Below are positions 51,878 to 61,766 of a stretch of DNA of 64,000 nt, piece by piece. The position numbers and the translations under genes were made by a program. The notes below the pieces were generated by a model, which was not told where the DNA came from, did no database searches, and saw only the letters and a list, made by a program, of their open reading frames with translations. The DNA is taken from the NCBI GenBank assembly GCA_026393075.1, contig JAPLAW010000025.1:12929-76928 (forward strand), read 5' to 3'. This DNA comes from Actinomycetota bacterium (GTDB lineage Bacteria; Actinomycetota; Actinomycetes; Nanopelagicales; Nanopelagicaceae). Positions within the stretch are counted from its first letter, which is position 1, and every line of letters begins with the position of its first letter.

Positions 51878-52876
51878 CTATCGATCAAGCAGATTCTGAG
51901 TTGGTGAATATGGCGTGCCGTTGCGACGTTTAGCGATCGCACTTAACGCCTCAAGTACAACTCGGTTAGCCAAGATTGCCGTGATGTCGGCGCTATCAAA
52001 TGCTGGCGCTACTTCAACCACGTCGATACCAACAATTGGTAGCTCTAAACAAATTCGGCGCACTGCTTCAAGTAATTCGCGACTTGTCATGCCACCTGGT
52101 TCAGGGGTGCCGGTGCCTGGCGCCATTCCTGGATCAACTACGTCGATATCTACCGATAAGAAAACGCCATCACATTGGTTTGTCAGAGTTGCAAAAGATT
52201 CATCAAGTACTGGGCCGAGGCCACGATGATGGATCTCAGTCATTTCGTAACTGCGCATGCCTTGATCGCGCATCCAATTTAGAGTCTCGTTATCTGGCCA
52301 GTAGCCACGCAAACCTAACTGCAAGAAACGATCACCGCGCACAAAACCGCCATCGATTAATCTGCGCATTGGGGTGCCGTGACCAACGAGAGCGCCCATT
52401 TGATCAGCACCAGTATCAGCGTGTGCATCAAAGTGAATCATTGAAATTTTGCCAAGCCCGCGGTGTTTAGCAATACCTGCCACGTCGGCCGATGCAATTG
52501 AATGATCGCCACCAAGAATTACTGGAATTATGCCCGCACGAGAAATCTGCTCAGTGGCATTGGCTAATACTTCAAGGGAAGCAACTAGATCTCCGCCGGG
52601 CATTAATAAATCGCCAGCATCATAAACTTTTAGATCTTTCAGGCCATCGGTACGCAGTGCTAAGTGCGGACGTTCGCCATCGTGCGGTAAATAATCGCCA
52701 CCACGAATTGCTTGCGGACCAAACTTGGCACCTGAGCGATGTGAGGTTCCAGAATCAATCGGAGCGCCCAAGATAATTACATCGGCATCGGCATAACTAG
52801 CTGGCACCTCAAGATCACAGGCTGGAATGCCTAAGAAGGTAAAACTGGGGCCGTACAGATTGCCGTGATTGGTCAT
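51878..52876 (-). CDS. speB: agmatinase / ureohydrolase-family enzyme
   Basis: 332 aa with arginase-family Mn ligands (GGDHSI, HFDAHADT, SVDIDVVDP). The substrate (agmatine or another guanidino compound) cannot be decided from sequence alone. Confidence 0.75.
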   Translation of the reverse strand: MTNHGNLYGPSFTFLGIPACDLEVPASYADADVIILGAPIDSGTSHRSGAKFGPQAIRGGDYLPHDGERPHLALRTDGLKDLKVYDAGDLLMPGGDLVASLEVLANATEQISRAGIIPVILGGDHSIASADVAGIAKHRGLGKISMIHFDAHADTGADQMGALVGHGTPMRRLIDGGFVRGDRFLQLGLRGYWPDNETLNWMRDQGMRSYEMTEIHHRGLGPVLDESFATLTNQCDGVFLSVDIDVVDPGMAPGTGTPEPGGMTSRELLEAVRRICLELPIVGIDVVEVAPAFDSADITAILANRVVLEALSAIAKRRNGTPYSPTQNLLDR

Positions 52877-53715
52877 GCGCTCACTTTACGCTTACGACCC
52901 ACAATCTGCCCAGTTATCACGATTGCCAGCGCTAAGAAAAACATCGCCGAACCAATTACGTTGGCTTGTGCGGGAATACCACGCGCTGCCGAGGTGTAAA
53001 CAAACTTCGGGAAAGTAGTTAACGTGCCCGAGTTGAAGTTGGTAATGATGAAATCATCGAAAGACAAGCTAAATGCTAGAAGTGCAGCTCCTGCAATTCC
53101 AGGTGCTACCAGCGGCAAAGTCACGCGGCGGAAAGTTTCGCGTTCGTTGGCATAAAGATCCATCGCAGCTTGTTCAAGGCGCGGATCTAAACTTGCTATT
53201 CGAGCTTTTACGGTAACCACCACAAATGAAATACAGAAAACCACGTGGGCAATAACAGTCGGCCAGAAGCCAGGATTAATTTTGAAAACTAAGAAGAGTG
53301 AAAGTAGCGAAGCACCAAGAACAATTTCTGGTGTGGCCATTGGCAAGAAGATCATTAAGTTAGATGTTGATCGACCTTTAAAGCTATAGCGACCAATTGC
53401 AAAAGCAATCATGGTGCCTAGAATTGTGGAAAATAGCGTGGCCAGAAAACCAATCTTGATTGAGTTTGCTAGTGCGGAACAAACCTCAGGAGCGCCACAT
53501 GGGTTCTTCCAATTATCGAAAGTAAAGCCTTTCCAAATTAAGTTGCTCTTACCTGAATCATTAAAGGAGAAAGCAAATGTGTAAGCAACTGGAATGAAGA
53601 GATAAGTAAAAGCAACCACTGCATAAATACGAATTAGGTTACGGCCGATCCAGCGTGAGATGCGAGCGCCAGTTGGAATGTGAGGAATCGTGGCATCTTT
53701 AATTTTGTGGCTCAT
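52873..53715 (-). CDS. potC: polyamine-type ABC transporter permease (PotC-like)
   Basis: 280 aa with 6 TM segments and an EAA loop (EQAAMDLYANERETFRRVTLPL). Confidence 0.82.
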   Translation of the reverse strand: MSHKIKDATIPHIPTGARISRWIGRNLIRIYAVVAFTYLFIPVAYTFAFSFNDSGKSNLIWKGFTFDNWKNPCGAPEVCSALANSIKIGFLATLFSTILGTMIAFAIGRYSFKGRSTSNLMIFLPMATPEIVLGASLLSLFLVFKINPGFWPTVIAHVVFCISFVVVTVKARIASLDPRLEQAAMDLYANERETFRRVTLPLVAPGIAGAALLAFSLSFDDFIITNFNSGTLTTFPKFVYTSAARGIPAQANVIGSAMFFLALAIVITGQIVGRKRKVSA

Positions 53716-54560
53716 ACCAACTCCTCGGTTCCGGCTTTGCGCACATAAACAGTTACCAGAATCAAAATCACTGCCATTAAGGTAAATGAGAGAGCGGCCG
53801 CAGTTGGGTAATCCACGATCTTGAAATAGCGCGACTCAATTACGTTTCCGATCATCTTGGTATTTGGGCTACCTAAGATTGCCGCGTTTACGTAGTCACC
53901 AGCTGCAGGGATAAAGGTAAGCAACGTGCCCGCAACAACACCAGGCATCGAGAGCGGCAGTGTGACTCTGCGAAATGTTGTAAAGCCATTGGCATATAGA
54001 TCGCCAGAAGCCTCAAGGGTGCGTGGATCAATGCGGTCGATCGAGGCATAAAGTGGCAAAGTCATAAATGGCAAGAAGTTATAGGTCATACCCATGACAA
54101 CGGCAAAAGCAGATGATGTAAGCGTCGTACTATCGCTAATAATTCCTAAATTGCGCAGAGTCGGAACTACGAAACCTTCTTCACCCAGAATTTGTTTCCA
54201 GGCAACAGTACGAAGTAAGAACGAAGTGAAGAACGGTGCAATAACTAAAACCAACATAAAGTTCTTTAGCTTGCCGCCTTTAAATGCGATCGCGTAAGCA
54301 AGCGGATAAGCAATTGCGAGTGCTAATAGAGTGGCAATTAGGGCATATACAAATGAACGGCCAAATTGTTCTTTATTCTCAACAAATGCATCAACATAGT
54401 TAGAAAAACGTAGCGTCTGCTCGTATTGGCCAGTGTCTCCCCCACCAACTGGTGTCTGGGTCGATGTCTGTGCAAGGTTGATAATAGGCAGAATAAAGAA
54501 AGTAAATAGGAAGCCGAAACCCGGTAAGAGTAAAAGGTACGGAGTGCGGATCTTACCCAT
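53712..54560 (-). CDS. potB: polyamine-type ABC transporter permease (PotB-like)
   Basis: 282 aa with 6 TM segments and an EAA loop (EASGDLYANGFTTFRRVTLPL). Confidence 0.82.
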   Translation of the reverse strand: MGKIRTPYLLLLPGFGFLFTFFILPIINLAQTSTQTPVGGGDTGQYEQTLRFSNYVDAFVENKEQFGRSFVYALIATLLALAIAYPLAYAIAFKGGKLKNFMLVLVIAPFFTSFLLRTVAWKQILGEEGFVVPTLRNLGIISDSTTLTSSAFAVVMGMTYNFLPFMTLPLYASIDRIDPRTLEASGDLYANGFTTFRRVTLPLSMPGVVAGTLLTFIPAAGDYVNAAILGSPNTKMIGNVIESRYFKIVDYPTAAALSFTLMAVILILVTVYVRKAGTEELV

Positions 54561-54568
54561 TACTTAAT

Positions 54569-55666
54569 TTACTCTTCGTCTAGTTCTTCAGGATTAACTT
54601 CAGAACCAGCAGTTGCATCTTCATCACCGCGAAGTCCGAAAGTAAAGATTGGCTCCCAAGAAATATTAACTTCTTCGCCCTTGCTAAATGGAGCAACACC
54701 GTCGTCGTTTTGCTCGAAGACCATTAGCTCTTGACCCCATGGCATCTCAACCTGATACTGAGTTGAAACTCCGATGTAGGAAACATCTTCAATATGGCCA
54801 CCAGTTAAAATATTTCCAGATGTTGGCGTACCTAAACGCGAGATACGGAATTTCTCGGGGCGAATACCGGCATAAATGAACTGATCATTGGCATGCGAGC
54901 GATTCTTCTGCAGGGAAATCTTCTGACCGAATAAATCAACGATATGTGAATCACCATCGTTGCCGCTGATCGTGCCCTTAATCAAGTTTGATTGACCCAA
55001 GAAGTTAGCCACAAACGCCGTCTTTGGGTTGTCATATAAGTCAGCTGGTGAGCCCATTTGCTCAATCTGACCCTCATTCATAACCGCGATCGTGTCAGCC
55101 ATTGTCATGGCTTCTTCTTGATCGTGAGTTACGTGGACGAAAGTTAAACCAACTTCTTTCTGAATCCACTTAAGTTCAATCTGCATTTGGCGACGAAGTT
55201 TTAGATCAAGTGCACCAAGTGGTTCATCGAGCAAAAGCAGAGCTGGGCGGTTAACAATTGCGCGAGCCGCCAAGTGCGGCAACTCAACTAGATCAAGAAC
55301 TTTGCTGACAGCTGCATCTACATCTTTGATTCCGCGCCGGCGTAAACCAAATGCGATATTTTCAAAAATGGTTAAATGTGGAAATAGCGCATAGTTCTGA
55401 AAAACCGTATTGATCGGACGCTGATATGGTTTAGTTGTAGTGATATCAGTAGTGCCCAAGTGAATACTGCCCACAGTTGGTTCTTCGAGCCCGGCAATCA
55501 TGCGCAGAGTTGTAGTTTTGCCACAACCAGATGGGCCAAGCAGAGCGAAGAATGAACCTTCGGGAATTACTAACGAAAGATCATCAACGGCAGTGAAATC
55601 GCCATAACTCTTCGAGAGTCGAGTTAAGCGAAGATCACCTTTTGCGGAAATAGATTCTTTGGTCAC
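54569..55666 (-). CDS. potA: PotA-family ABC ATP-binding protein lacking the LSGGQ signature segment (possible in-frame pseudogene)
   Basis: 365 aa. Walker A GPSGCGKT, Q-loop TVFQNYALFPH, Walker B LLLLDEP and H-loop VTHDQ are present. The sequence runs ...VLDLVELPHLAA|RAIVNRPALLLLDEP with no LSGGQ-containing segment. Confidence 0.85.
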   Translation of the reverse strand: MTKESISAKGDLRLTRLSKSYGDFTAVDDLSLVIPEGSFFALLGPSGCGKTTTLRMIAGLEEPTVGSIHLGTTDITTTKPYQRPINTVFQNYALFPHLTIFENIAFGLRRRGIKDVDAAVSKVLDLVELPHLAARAIVNRPALLLLDEPLGALDLKLRRQMQIELKWIQKEVGLTFVHVTHDQEEAMTMADTIAVMNEGQIEQMGSPADLYDNPKTAFVANFLGQSNLIKGTISGNDGDSHIVDLFGQKISLQKNRSHANDQFIYAGIRPEKFRISRLGTPTSGNILTGGHIEDVSYIGVSTQYQVEMPWGQELMVFEQNDDGVAPFSKGEEVNISWEPIFTFGLRGDEDATAGSEVNPEELDEE

Positions 55667-55675
55667 CTATTTACC

Positions 55676-56869
55676 TTAGTTGCCTTGCGCTTGTTGGAAC
55701 GCTTCAGCCCAAGCTGATTCTTCAGCTGGAGTAAGTGAACGGAAAACATTTAGCTTCTTAGACATCGCATCATCAGGGAAAATGTATGAGCTCTTAGCAA
55801 GTGCTGGATCAATCTTTTCCATCTCTGCTTGAGCGCCCTTAACTGGGCAAACATAATTTACATAGGCGGCAACTTCAGCTGCTACTGCTGGCTCGTAGTA
55901 GTAGTTAATTAGCTTCTCGGCATTTGCTTTCGCTTCGGCGCCAACTGGAGTTGGGATGATGAAGTTATCACCTGAAATAGTTCCGCCTGATTCGGGAATT
56001 GCGAAATCAAACTTGCCTTCGTTTTCAGAGGACAAGATGAACATATCGCCAGACCAGCCAATTACAGCGGTGGCATCGCCTGAAGTTAGATCTTCAGCGT
56101 ATTCGTTGCCCTTAACGCCACGAATCCAGCCATCAGAAATCTTGCCGGCCATGAAATCAACGGCATTCATGAATTGATTTTCGGTAACTTTCTGTAGGTC
56201 AACACCTTGAGAAAGCAGAATGATTCCGATGGTGTCGCGCATTTCAGAGAGAACTACGATCTTGCCCTTGTTCTGTGGCGCAAAGAGTTCATCGAGAGTA
56301 CGAATACCCTTTGGATTTGTCTTGGTGTTCCAACCGAAACCAGCCATGATGCCTTGCCAGGTTAAAGTTGATTCGCGCTTTGGATCAAATGAAGGCGAAG
56401 CAAGTGAATCAAGAATATTTACTTTGTTTGGAATATTTGCGGTGTCGTACTTTTGCGCATATCCCAAGCGCAGCCAACGAGCTGCCATCCAGTCAGTTGG
56501 AGTTACTAAGTCATAACCAATATCTTCATTGAGTTTTAGCTGCGCTTGCACTTTGCCATAGAACTCATCGTTGTCGTTGTAATCTTCAAAGTACTTTGTT
56601 TTAATGCCGCTTTCGGCGCTAAATGCTTCAAGGGTTGGATACTTCTTGGTCTTCTCGTCGTAATCTAAATACAACGGCCAGTTTCCCCAGCGAATTGTGT
56701 TTGCTTCGCCACCACCTGCGCTATCGGATCCGCCTGACCCACATGCTGCTAATAGTCCGGCTGCACCAACTGCGCCGGTACCTGCGATTAGTCCACGACG
56801 AGTAACTTGCGAATTAATTATCGCGCGAGCCTCGGGTGAGAGATCTTTTTTAGAAACCTTCTTAGACAT
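55676..56869 (-). CDS. potD: polyamine-type ABC substrate-binding lipoprotein (PotD/PotF-like)
   Basis: 397 aa. The N-terminus has a twin-arginine-like signal plus a lipobox (TRRGLIAGTGAVGAAGLLAAC), followed by a PotD-type binding fold. Confidence 0.82.
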   Translation of the reverse strand: MSKKVSKKDLSPEARAIINSQVTRRGLIAGTGAVGAAGLLAACGSGGSDSAGGGEANTIRWGNWPLYLDYDEKTKKYPTLEAFSAESGIKTKYFEDYNDNDEFYGKVQAQLKLNEDIGYDLVTPTDWMAARWLRLGYAQKYDTANIPNKVNILDSLASPSFDPKRESTLTWQGIMAGFGWNTKTNPKGIRTLDELFAPQNKGKIVVLSEMRDTIGIILLSQGVDLQKVTENQFMNAVDFMAGKISDGWIRGVKGNEYAEDLTSGDATAVIGWSGDMFILSSENEGKFDFAIPESGGTISGDNFIIPTPVGAEAKANAEKLINYYYEPAVAAEVAAYVNYVCPVKGAQAEMEKIDPALAKSSYIFPDDAMSKKLNVFRSLTPAEESAWAEAFQQAQGN

Positions 56870-56965
56870 TTTTTGCTCCTTCGCAGGTCGTGCAAGTTTG
56901 GGGTTATCAGGCCTTCTTCTTGTTAGCGGGTGGACGGTTGGATCAACGAGCGTAATTATGGACTA

Positions 56966-58393
56966 TTACGCGCCGAGATTCGACATTACGTGCTTAATTC
57001 GAGTGTAATCTTCAAAACCGTAACTAGATAGGTCTTTGCCATAGCCTGATCGCTTAAATCCACCATGGGGCATTTCGGCCACAATCGGAATATGAGTATT
57101 GATCCAGACGCAGCCGAAATCGAAGGCGCGAGATAGGCGCATGGCGCGGCCATGATCCTTGGTCCAGATGCTCGAAGCCAGGCCATACTCGACACCATTG
57201 GCTAGGGAAATCGCCTCTTCTTCAGTGGCGAACTTCTGAATCGTAATGACTGGCCCGAAGATTTCACTTTGAATTAACTCATCGTTTTGCTTCAGATCGG
57301 CAATCACAGTTGGCGCAAAGAAGTAGCCCGGTTGTTCTAGTTGTTTTCCGCCGGCCACAATCTTGGCATGGGCAGGAGTGCGATCAACAAAGCCCTTTAC
57401 GCGAGCTAACTGATTAGCATTATTTAGCGGGCCAACGAGCGCATCGCTATCAGGCATACCGACGGCAATGTTATTAGTAGCTTGATCTGCCAACTTGGCA
57501 ACCATTGCGTCGTAGACACCAGCTTGAACCAAAACACGAGTTGCTGCTGTGCAATCTTGACCAGAGTTAAAGAAGCCAGCCACTGCGATTCCTTCAGCGG
57601 CTGCGTCTAAATCAGCATCATCGAAAACAACTACTGGTGCTTTGCCACCGAGTTCGAGGTGCACGCGCTTTAGCTGTGAAGCAGCAGCTGTTGCAACTTC
57701 GGTACCGGCGCGCACTGAACCAGTAATTGAAACCATTACTGGTGTTGTGTGATCGACAAGCAATTTTCCGGTTTCGCGTTCGCCACAGATTACATTGAAT
57801 ACGCCAGCCGGCAAGAATTCACTCATCACTTGTGCCATAAATAAAGTTGATGCTGGAGTTGTATCACTTGGCTTTAGAACCACAGTGTTTCCAGCTGCAA
57901 TTGCCGGTGCCCATTTCCAAACTGCCATCATCATTGGATAGTTCCAAGGAGTTACTTGGGCACAAACCCCAATTGGTTCGCGCCGAATATATGAAGTCAT
58001 GCCGCGCATATATTCACCAGCTGACTTACCTTCTAGATTACGAGCAGCGCCAGCGAAGAAACGAATTTGATCAATCATCGGTGGGACTTCTTCAGAAGCA
58101 GTTATTGCAATTGGCTTACCTGTGTTGCGGCATTCAATTGCAATAATTTCATCGGCACGAGATTCAAGTGCATCGGCAATCTTTAACAGAGCACGTTGAC
58201 GTTCTGAAGGTGTTGAATCACGCCACAATACAAAAGCATCAGATGCGGCTTTCATCGCTGCATCGACATCGGCAGCATTTGATTTAGGCGCAGTCGCATA
58301 GACCTCGCCTGTTGCTGGATTAATTAATTGGGTGACCTCACCCGATGAACCAGGGACTGATTTACCGTTGATAAAATTCTGTAGTTGTTCCAT
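56966..58393 (-). CDS. patD: NAD-dependent aldehyde dehydrogenase, gamma-aminobutyraldehyde dehydrogenase (PatD/YdcW)-like
   Basis: 475 aa with ALDH motifs ELGGKAP and GQDCTAATR. It is collinear along its length with E. coli PatD as I remember it (INGxxV...NPATGxV, PWNYPxMMAxWK, MPHGGxKxSGYGKD). Confidence 0.7.
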   Translation of the reverse strand: MEQLQNFINGKSVPGSSGEVTQLINPATGEVYATAPKSNAADVDAAMKAASDAFVLWRDSTPSERQRALLKIADALESRADEIIAIECRNTGKPIAITASEEVPPMIDQIRFFAGAARNLEGKSAGEYMRGMTSYIRREPIGVCAQVTPWNYPMMMAVWKWAPAIAAGNTVVLKPSDTTPASTLFMAQVMSEFLPAGVFNVICGERETGKLLVDHTTPVMVSITGSVRAGTEVATAAASQLKRVHLELGGKAPVVVFDDADLDAAAEGIAVAGFFNSGQDCTAATRVLVQAGVYDAMVAKLADQATNNIAVGMPDSDALVGPLNNANQLARVKGFVDRTPAHAKIVAGGKQLEQPGYFFAPTVIADLKQNDELIQSEIFGPVITIQKFATEEEAISLANGVEYGLASSIWTKDHGRAMRLSRAFDFGCVWINTHIPIVAEMPHGGFKRSGYGKDLSSYGFEDYTRIKHVMSNLGA

Positions 58394-58419
58394 GCGGCCT
58401 AGCCTACGACTTTTGCCTT

Positions 58420-59529
58420 TTATTTGGCTAGTTCGGCAGCGGCTAATTGGCCGCAGGCCCCGTCAATTTCGCGGCCGCGAGTATCGCGCACTGTTGTTGG
58501 CACGCCATAGCTTTCCAGGACTCGCACGAATTCGAGTTCATCCTCATGGCGCGATGCGGTCCATTTCGAACCAGGGGTTGGGTTAAGCGGAATTAAATTT
58601 ACATGCGCATTACGGTTCTTAAGTAAACGGCCCAATAGATCTGCGCGCCAAGCTTGGTCATTAATATCGCGAATTAGCGCGTATTCAATCGAATAGCGAC
58701 GCCCAGTCTTCTTTTCGTAATCATCGGCAGCTGCCAAAACTTCGCGTACTTTATAGCGAGAGTTAATCGGCACTAAGGAATCTCGCAGTTCATCATCAGG
58801 AGTATGGAGTGAAATTGCTAGCGTCACGTTTAGATCTTCAGCCATTAACTTTTCAATGCCGTTAACTAGGCCAACCGTGGAAACTGTTACCGAGCGAGCA
58901 CTTATGCCGAGACCATTTGGGTTTTCATCGGTGATATTTCGAAGCGTGCGCGAAACTGCGTTGTAGTTGGCAAGCGGCTCGCCCATTCCCATGAAAACAA
59001 TATTTGAAAGCCGAGTTGGTCCACCAGGTAATTCGCCATTGGCGCAGGTGCGAGCCGCGGCCACAATCTGTTCGGTGATTTCACCAGCAGATAAGTTACG
59101 AGTTAAGCCAGCTTGGCCAGTAGCGCAGAACGGACAGTTCATGCCACAACCTGCTTGCGATGAAATACAAACTGTTGTGCGATCTGTGTAACGCATCAAA
59201 ACTGACTCAACTAAAACGCCATCATGTAATTTCCAAAGATCTTTGCGGGTCATGCCGTTATCGCAAGTAACTGTGCGCACCAATGAAATCAGCGATGGTG
59301 TGAGCGCATCTGCCAGAGCCTGACGCGAATCAGTTGGAATATCAGTCCAGGTGTTTGGGTCATGAGCTAAATGCGAGAAGTAATGAGTAGCAACTTGGCT
59401 TGCCCGATAACCAGGAAAACCGAGTTCAGTTGCCCATGCTTTGCGGTCGGCTGGTGCTAAATCAGCTAAGTGCTTAGGGGCTTTTTTACGCTGTACTGGC
59501 TCGTCGAAAACTAACTTAATTTCTTCCAT
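58420..59529 (-). CDS. rlmN: 23S rRNA/tRNA (adenine-C2)-methyltransferase RlmN
   Basis: 369 aa with the radical-SAM motif [11 protein letters not shown] and the GMGEPLAN block. Confidence 0.92.
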   Translation of the reverse strand: MEEIKLVFDEPVQRKKAPKHLADLAPADRKAWATELGFPGYRASQVATHYFSHLAHDPNTWTDIPTDSRQALADALTPSLISLVRTVTCDNGMTRKDLWKLHDGVLVESVLMRYTDRTTVCISSQAGCGMNCPFCATGQAGLTRNLSAGEITEQIVAAARTCANGELPGGPTRLSNIVFMGMGEPLANYNAVSRTLRNITDENPNGLGISARSVTVSTVGLVNGIEKLMAEDLNVTLAISLHTPDDELRDSLVPINSRYKVREVLAAADDYEKKTGRRYSIEYALIRDINDQAWRADLLGRLLKNRNAHVNLIPLNPTPGSKWTASRHEDELEFVRVLESYGVPTTVRDTRGREIDGACGQLAAAELAK

Positions 59530-60375
59530 TTATAGGTACCTCTGCACTAATTCAAGCGTCAACCAGAGCGCTGGGGCGGAAAGAAGCACAGAATCCAAGC
59601 GATCAAGAATTCCGCCATGGCCAGGCAAAAGTGAACCCATATCCTTTAAATGTAAATCGCGTTTCATAGCGCTTTCAATTAAATCGCCACTTGTTGCAGT
59701 AAAGACAATAAGTAGGCCGACGATAGCCCCGATATGCCATTGAATATCTAAAACGTAATGGAACATCAGCCCGCCACCTAAAGTGGTGAAGACGATAGAA
59801 CCAAATAAACCTTCCCAAGATTTCTTAGGACTAATTTTTGGCGCCATTGGATGCTTACCAATTAATACTCCAACGAAATATCCGAAAGTGTCATTGCAGC
59901 CAACCAAAATTACAAAGGTCATAACTTGGGCTAAACCATTTGATTCATTACCAAGCAAAATCAGGAAGCCAGCTAAGAATGGCAAATAAACAAGTACCAA
60001 CGTGGTCGCTGTTGCACTTGCCACGAAACCTTCTGGCCCATTGCGCAACAAATTAATTAATAAGATTGGTAGCGCTACGGCTGTTGCCACAGCTAAACCA
60101 GCAACTCCTCCTTGCCATGTGGCAGCTGAAAGACCGATAGTTGCAACGATAAGTGCGTTACTTGAAATTTTTGTTTCTACTTGAGCGAATGCACGCGAGA
60201 TTTCGCGAATGCCCAAACAAACCGCCAAGGTAACTAGGGCTGCAAAAAAGATAGGTTGGAAAGCGAGCGATGCCCAAACAATGGCGACTAACGAAAGTGA
60301 AACCAAAATCGATGGACCCAGCTTGCGCCCGGCACGCCGATTAATGGCATCGTTAATCGAATGGAGATCGTCCAT
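59530..60375 (-). CDS. cdsA: phosphatidate cytidylyltransferase
   Basis: 281 aa polytopic membrane protein with the C-terminal CdsA signature SAMKRDLHLKDMGSLLPGHGGILDRLDS. Confidence 0.9.
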   Translation of the reverse strand: MDDLHSINDAINRRAGRKLGPSILVSLSLVAIVWASLAFQPIFFAALVTLAVCLGIREISRAFAQVETKISSNALIVATIGLSAATWQGGVAGLAVATAVALPILLINLLRNGPEGFVASATATTLVLVYLPFLAGFLILLGNESNGLAQVMTFVILVGCNDTFGYFVGVLIGKHPMAPKISPKKSWEGLFGSIVFTTLGGGLMFHYVLDIQWHIGAIVGLLIVFTATSGDLIESAMKRDLHLKDMGSLLPGHGGILDRLDSVLLSAPALWLTLELVQRYL

Positions 60376-60390
60376 GGGTTTACAAACTCC

Positions 60391-60954
60391 TTAGACTTCG
60401 AGGAGTTCGGCCTCCTTGTGCTTTAACAACTCATCGATCATGGTGGTGTGATCGCCAGTCATTTTCTCTAGCTCTTTTTCAGCACGAGTTAAATCATCTT
60501 TACCAATATCGCCATCTTTTTCAGCTTTTTCTAGCAATTCTTTAGCTGCGCGACGAATATTGCGAATAGAAATCTTGGCATCTTCGCCCTTTGTCTTAAC
60601 AACTTTTACATATTCCTTACGGCGCTCTTCAGTTAACTGTGGAAAATTAACCCGGATAACCACACCATCGTTGCCTGGATTAACGCCTAAATCTGAATCG
60701 CGGATCGCCTTTTCAATGCTGGCCATTGCCCCTTTATCAAATGGCGAAACGATTGCCATGCGCGCTTCTGGTACTTGAATTGAAGCTAATTGGGAAAGAG
60801 CGGTGTAGGTGCCGTAGTAATCAACCATGATCTTGTTGAAAAGAGCTGGGTTGGCGCGGCCGGTGCGAATGCTCGCGAAATCTTCTTTAGCGACAGTTAC
60901 CGCTTTATCCATCTTGCTGGTTGCATCGCTTAACGTTGCTGCTACATCTGCCAT
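60391..60954 (-). CDS. frr: ribosome recycling factor
   Basis: 187 aa. RRF family, typical length and sequence ([16 protein letters not shown]...). Confidence 0.95.
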   Translation of the reverse strand: MADVAATLSDATSKMDKAVTVAKEDFASIRTGRANPALFNKIMVDYYGTYTALSQLASIQVPEARMAIVSPFDKGAMASIEKAIRDSDLGVNPGNDGVVIRVNFPQLTEERRKEYVKVVKTKGEDAKISIRNIRRAAKELLEKAEKDGDIGKDDLTRAEKELEKMTGDHTTMIDELLKHKEAELLEV

Positions 60955-60985
60955 TTGGTTTCCCGCCTAACTTAGTGACCGCCGC

Positions 60986-61708
60986 TTATGCGACGATCGT
61001 GCCAATCGATTCGCCGCGAACGGCGCGTGCAATATTTCCATTAGTCATTAAATCGAAGATCACAATCGGCAGCTTATTTTCACGACAGAGCGCAAAAGCA
61101 GCAGCATCGGCCACCGCAAGTGATTTACTCAAAACTTCATCGTATGAAATTGAGTCATACTTTGTGGCTTTTGGATCTTTCTTTGGATCTGCTGAATAAA
61201 CGCCATCGACGCCACTCTTTGCCAGCAATAACGCTTCGGCGCCAATTTCAAGTGCGCGTTGCGCTGAAACGGTATCGGTTGTGAAGAATGGCATTCCAGC
61301 ACCTGCACCAAAAATAACTACGCGACCTTTTTCTAAATGACGAATGGCACGAAGTGGAATATAAGGTTCGGCAACTTGGCCCATAGTGATCGCAGTTTGT
61401 ACGCGAGTGGCAATGCCTTCTTTTTCAAGAAAATCTTGTAGAGCTAAACAATTCATAACTGTGCCGAGCATGCCCATGTAGTCAGCTCGAGAACGATCCA
61501 TGCCGCGCTGTTGTAGTTCGGCACCGCGGAAATAATTACCGCCACCGACAACAACTGCTACTTGAACGCCAGTGCGAACAACGTCTGCGATTTGGCGAGC
61601 AACATCTTGCACAACATCAGGATCAACACCGATGCCTTTTGCGCCACCAAAAACTTCACCAGAAAGTTTAAGGAGCACTCTTGCGTATGTACCTCGTGTA
61701 CCCGGCAT
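60986..61708 (-). CDS. pyrH: UMP kinase
   Basis: 240 aa with KLSGE and GGGNYFRG motifs. Confidence 0.95.
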   Translation of the reverse strand: MPGTRGTYARVLLKLSGEVFGGAKGIGVDPDVVQDVARQIADVVRTGVQVAVVVGGGNYFRGAELQQRGMDRSRADYMGMLGTVMNCLALQDFLEKEGIATRVQTAITMGQVAEPYIPLRAIRHLEKGRVVIFGAGAGMPFFTTDTVSAQRALEIGAEALLLAKSGVDGVYSADPKKDPKATKYDSISYDEVLSKSLAVADAAAFALCRENKLPIVIFDLMTNGNIARAVRGESIGTIVA

Positions 61709-61766
61709 GAGCGCTCCTTATCCTCTACTGATTATGTGGTGAGTGTATTCGGCAGTTGGTTACCTG

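Noticed and set aside
51330-51899. 189-aa plus-strand ORF
   Set aside because: It is antisense to dxr, a shadow ORF with no recognisable motifs.
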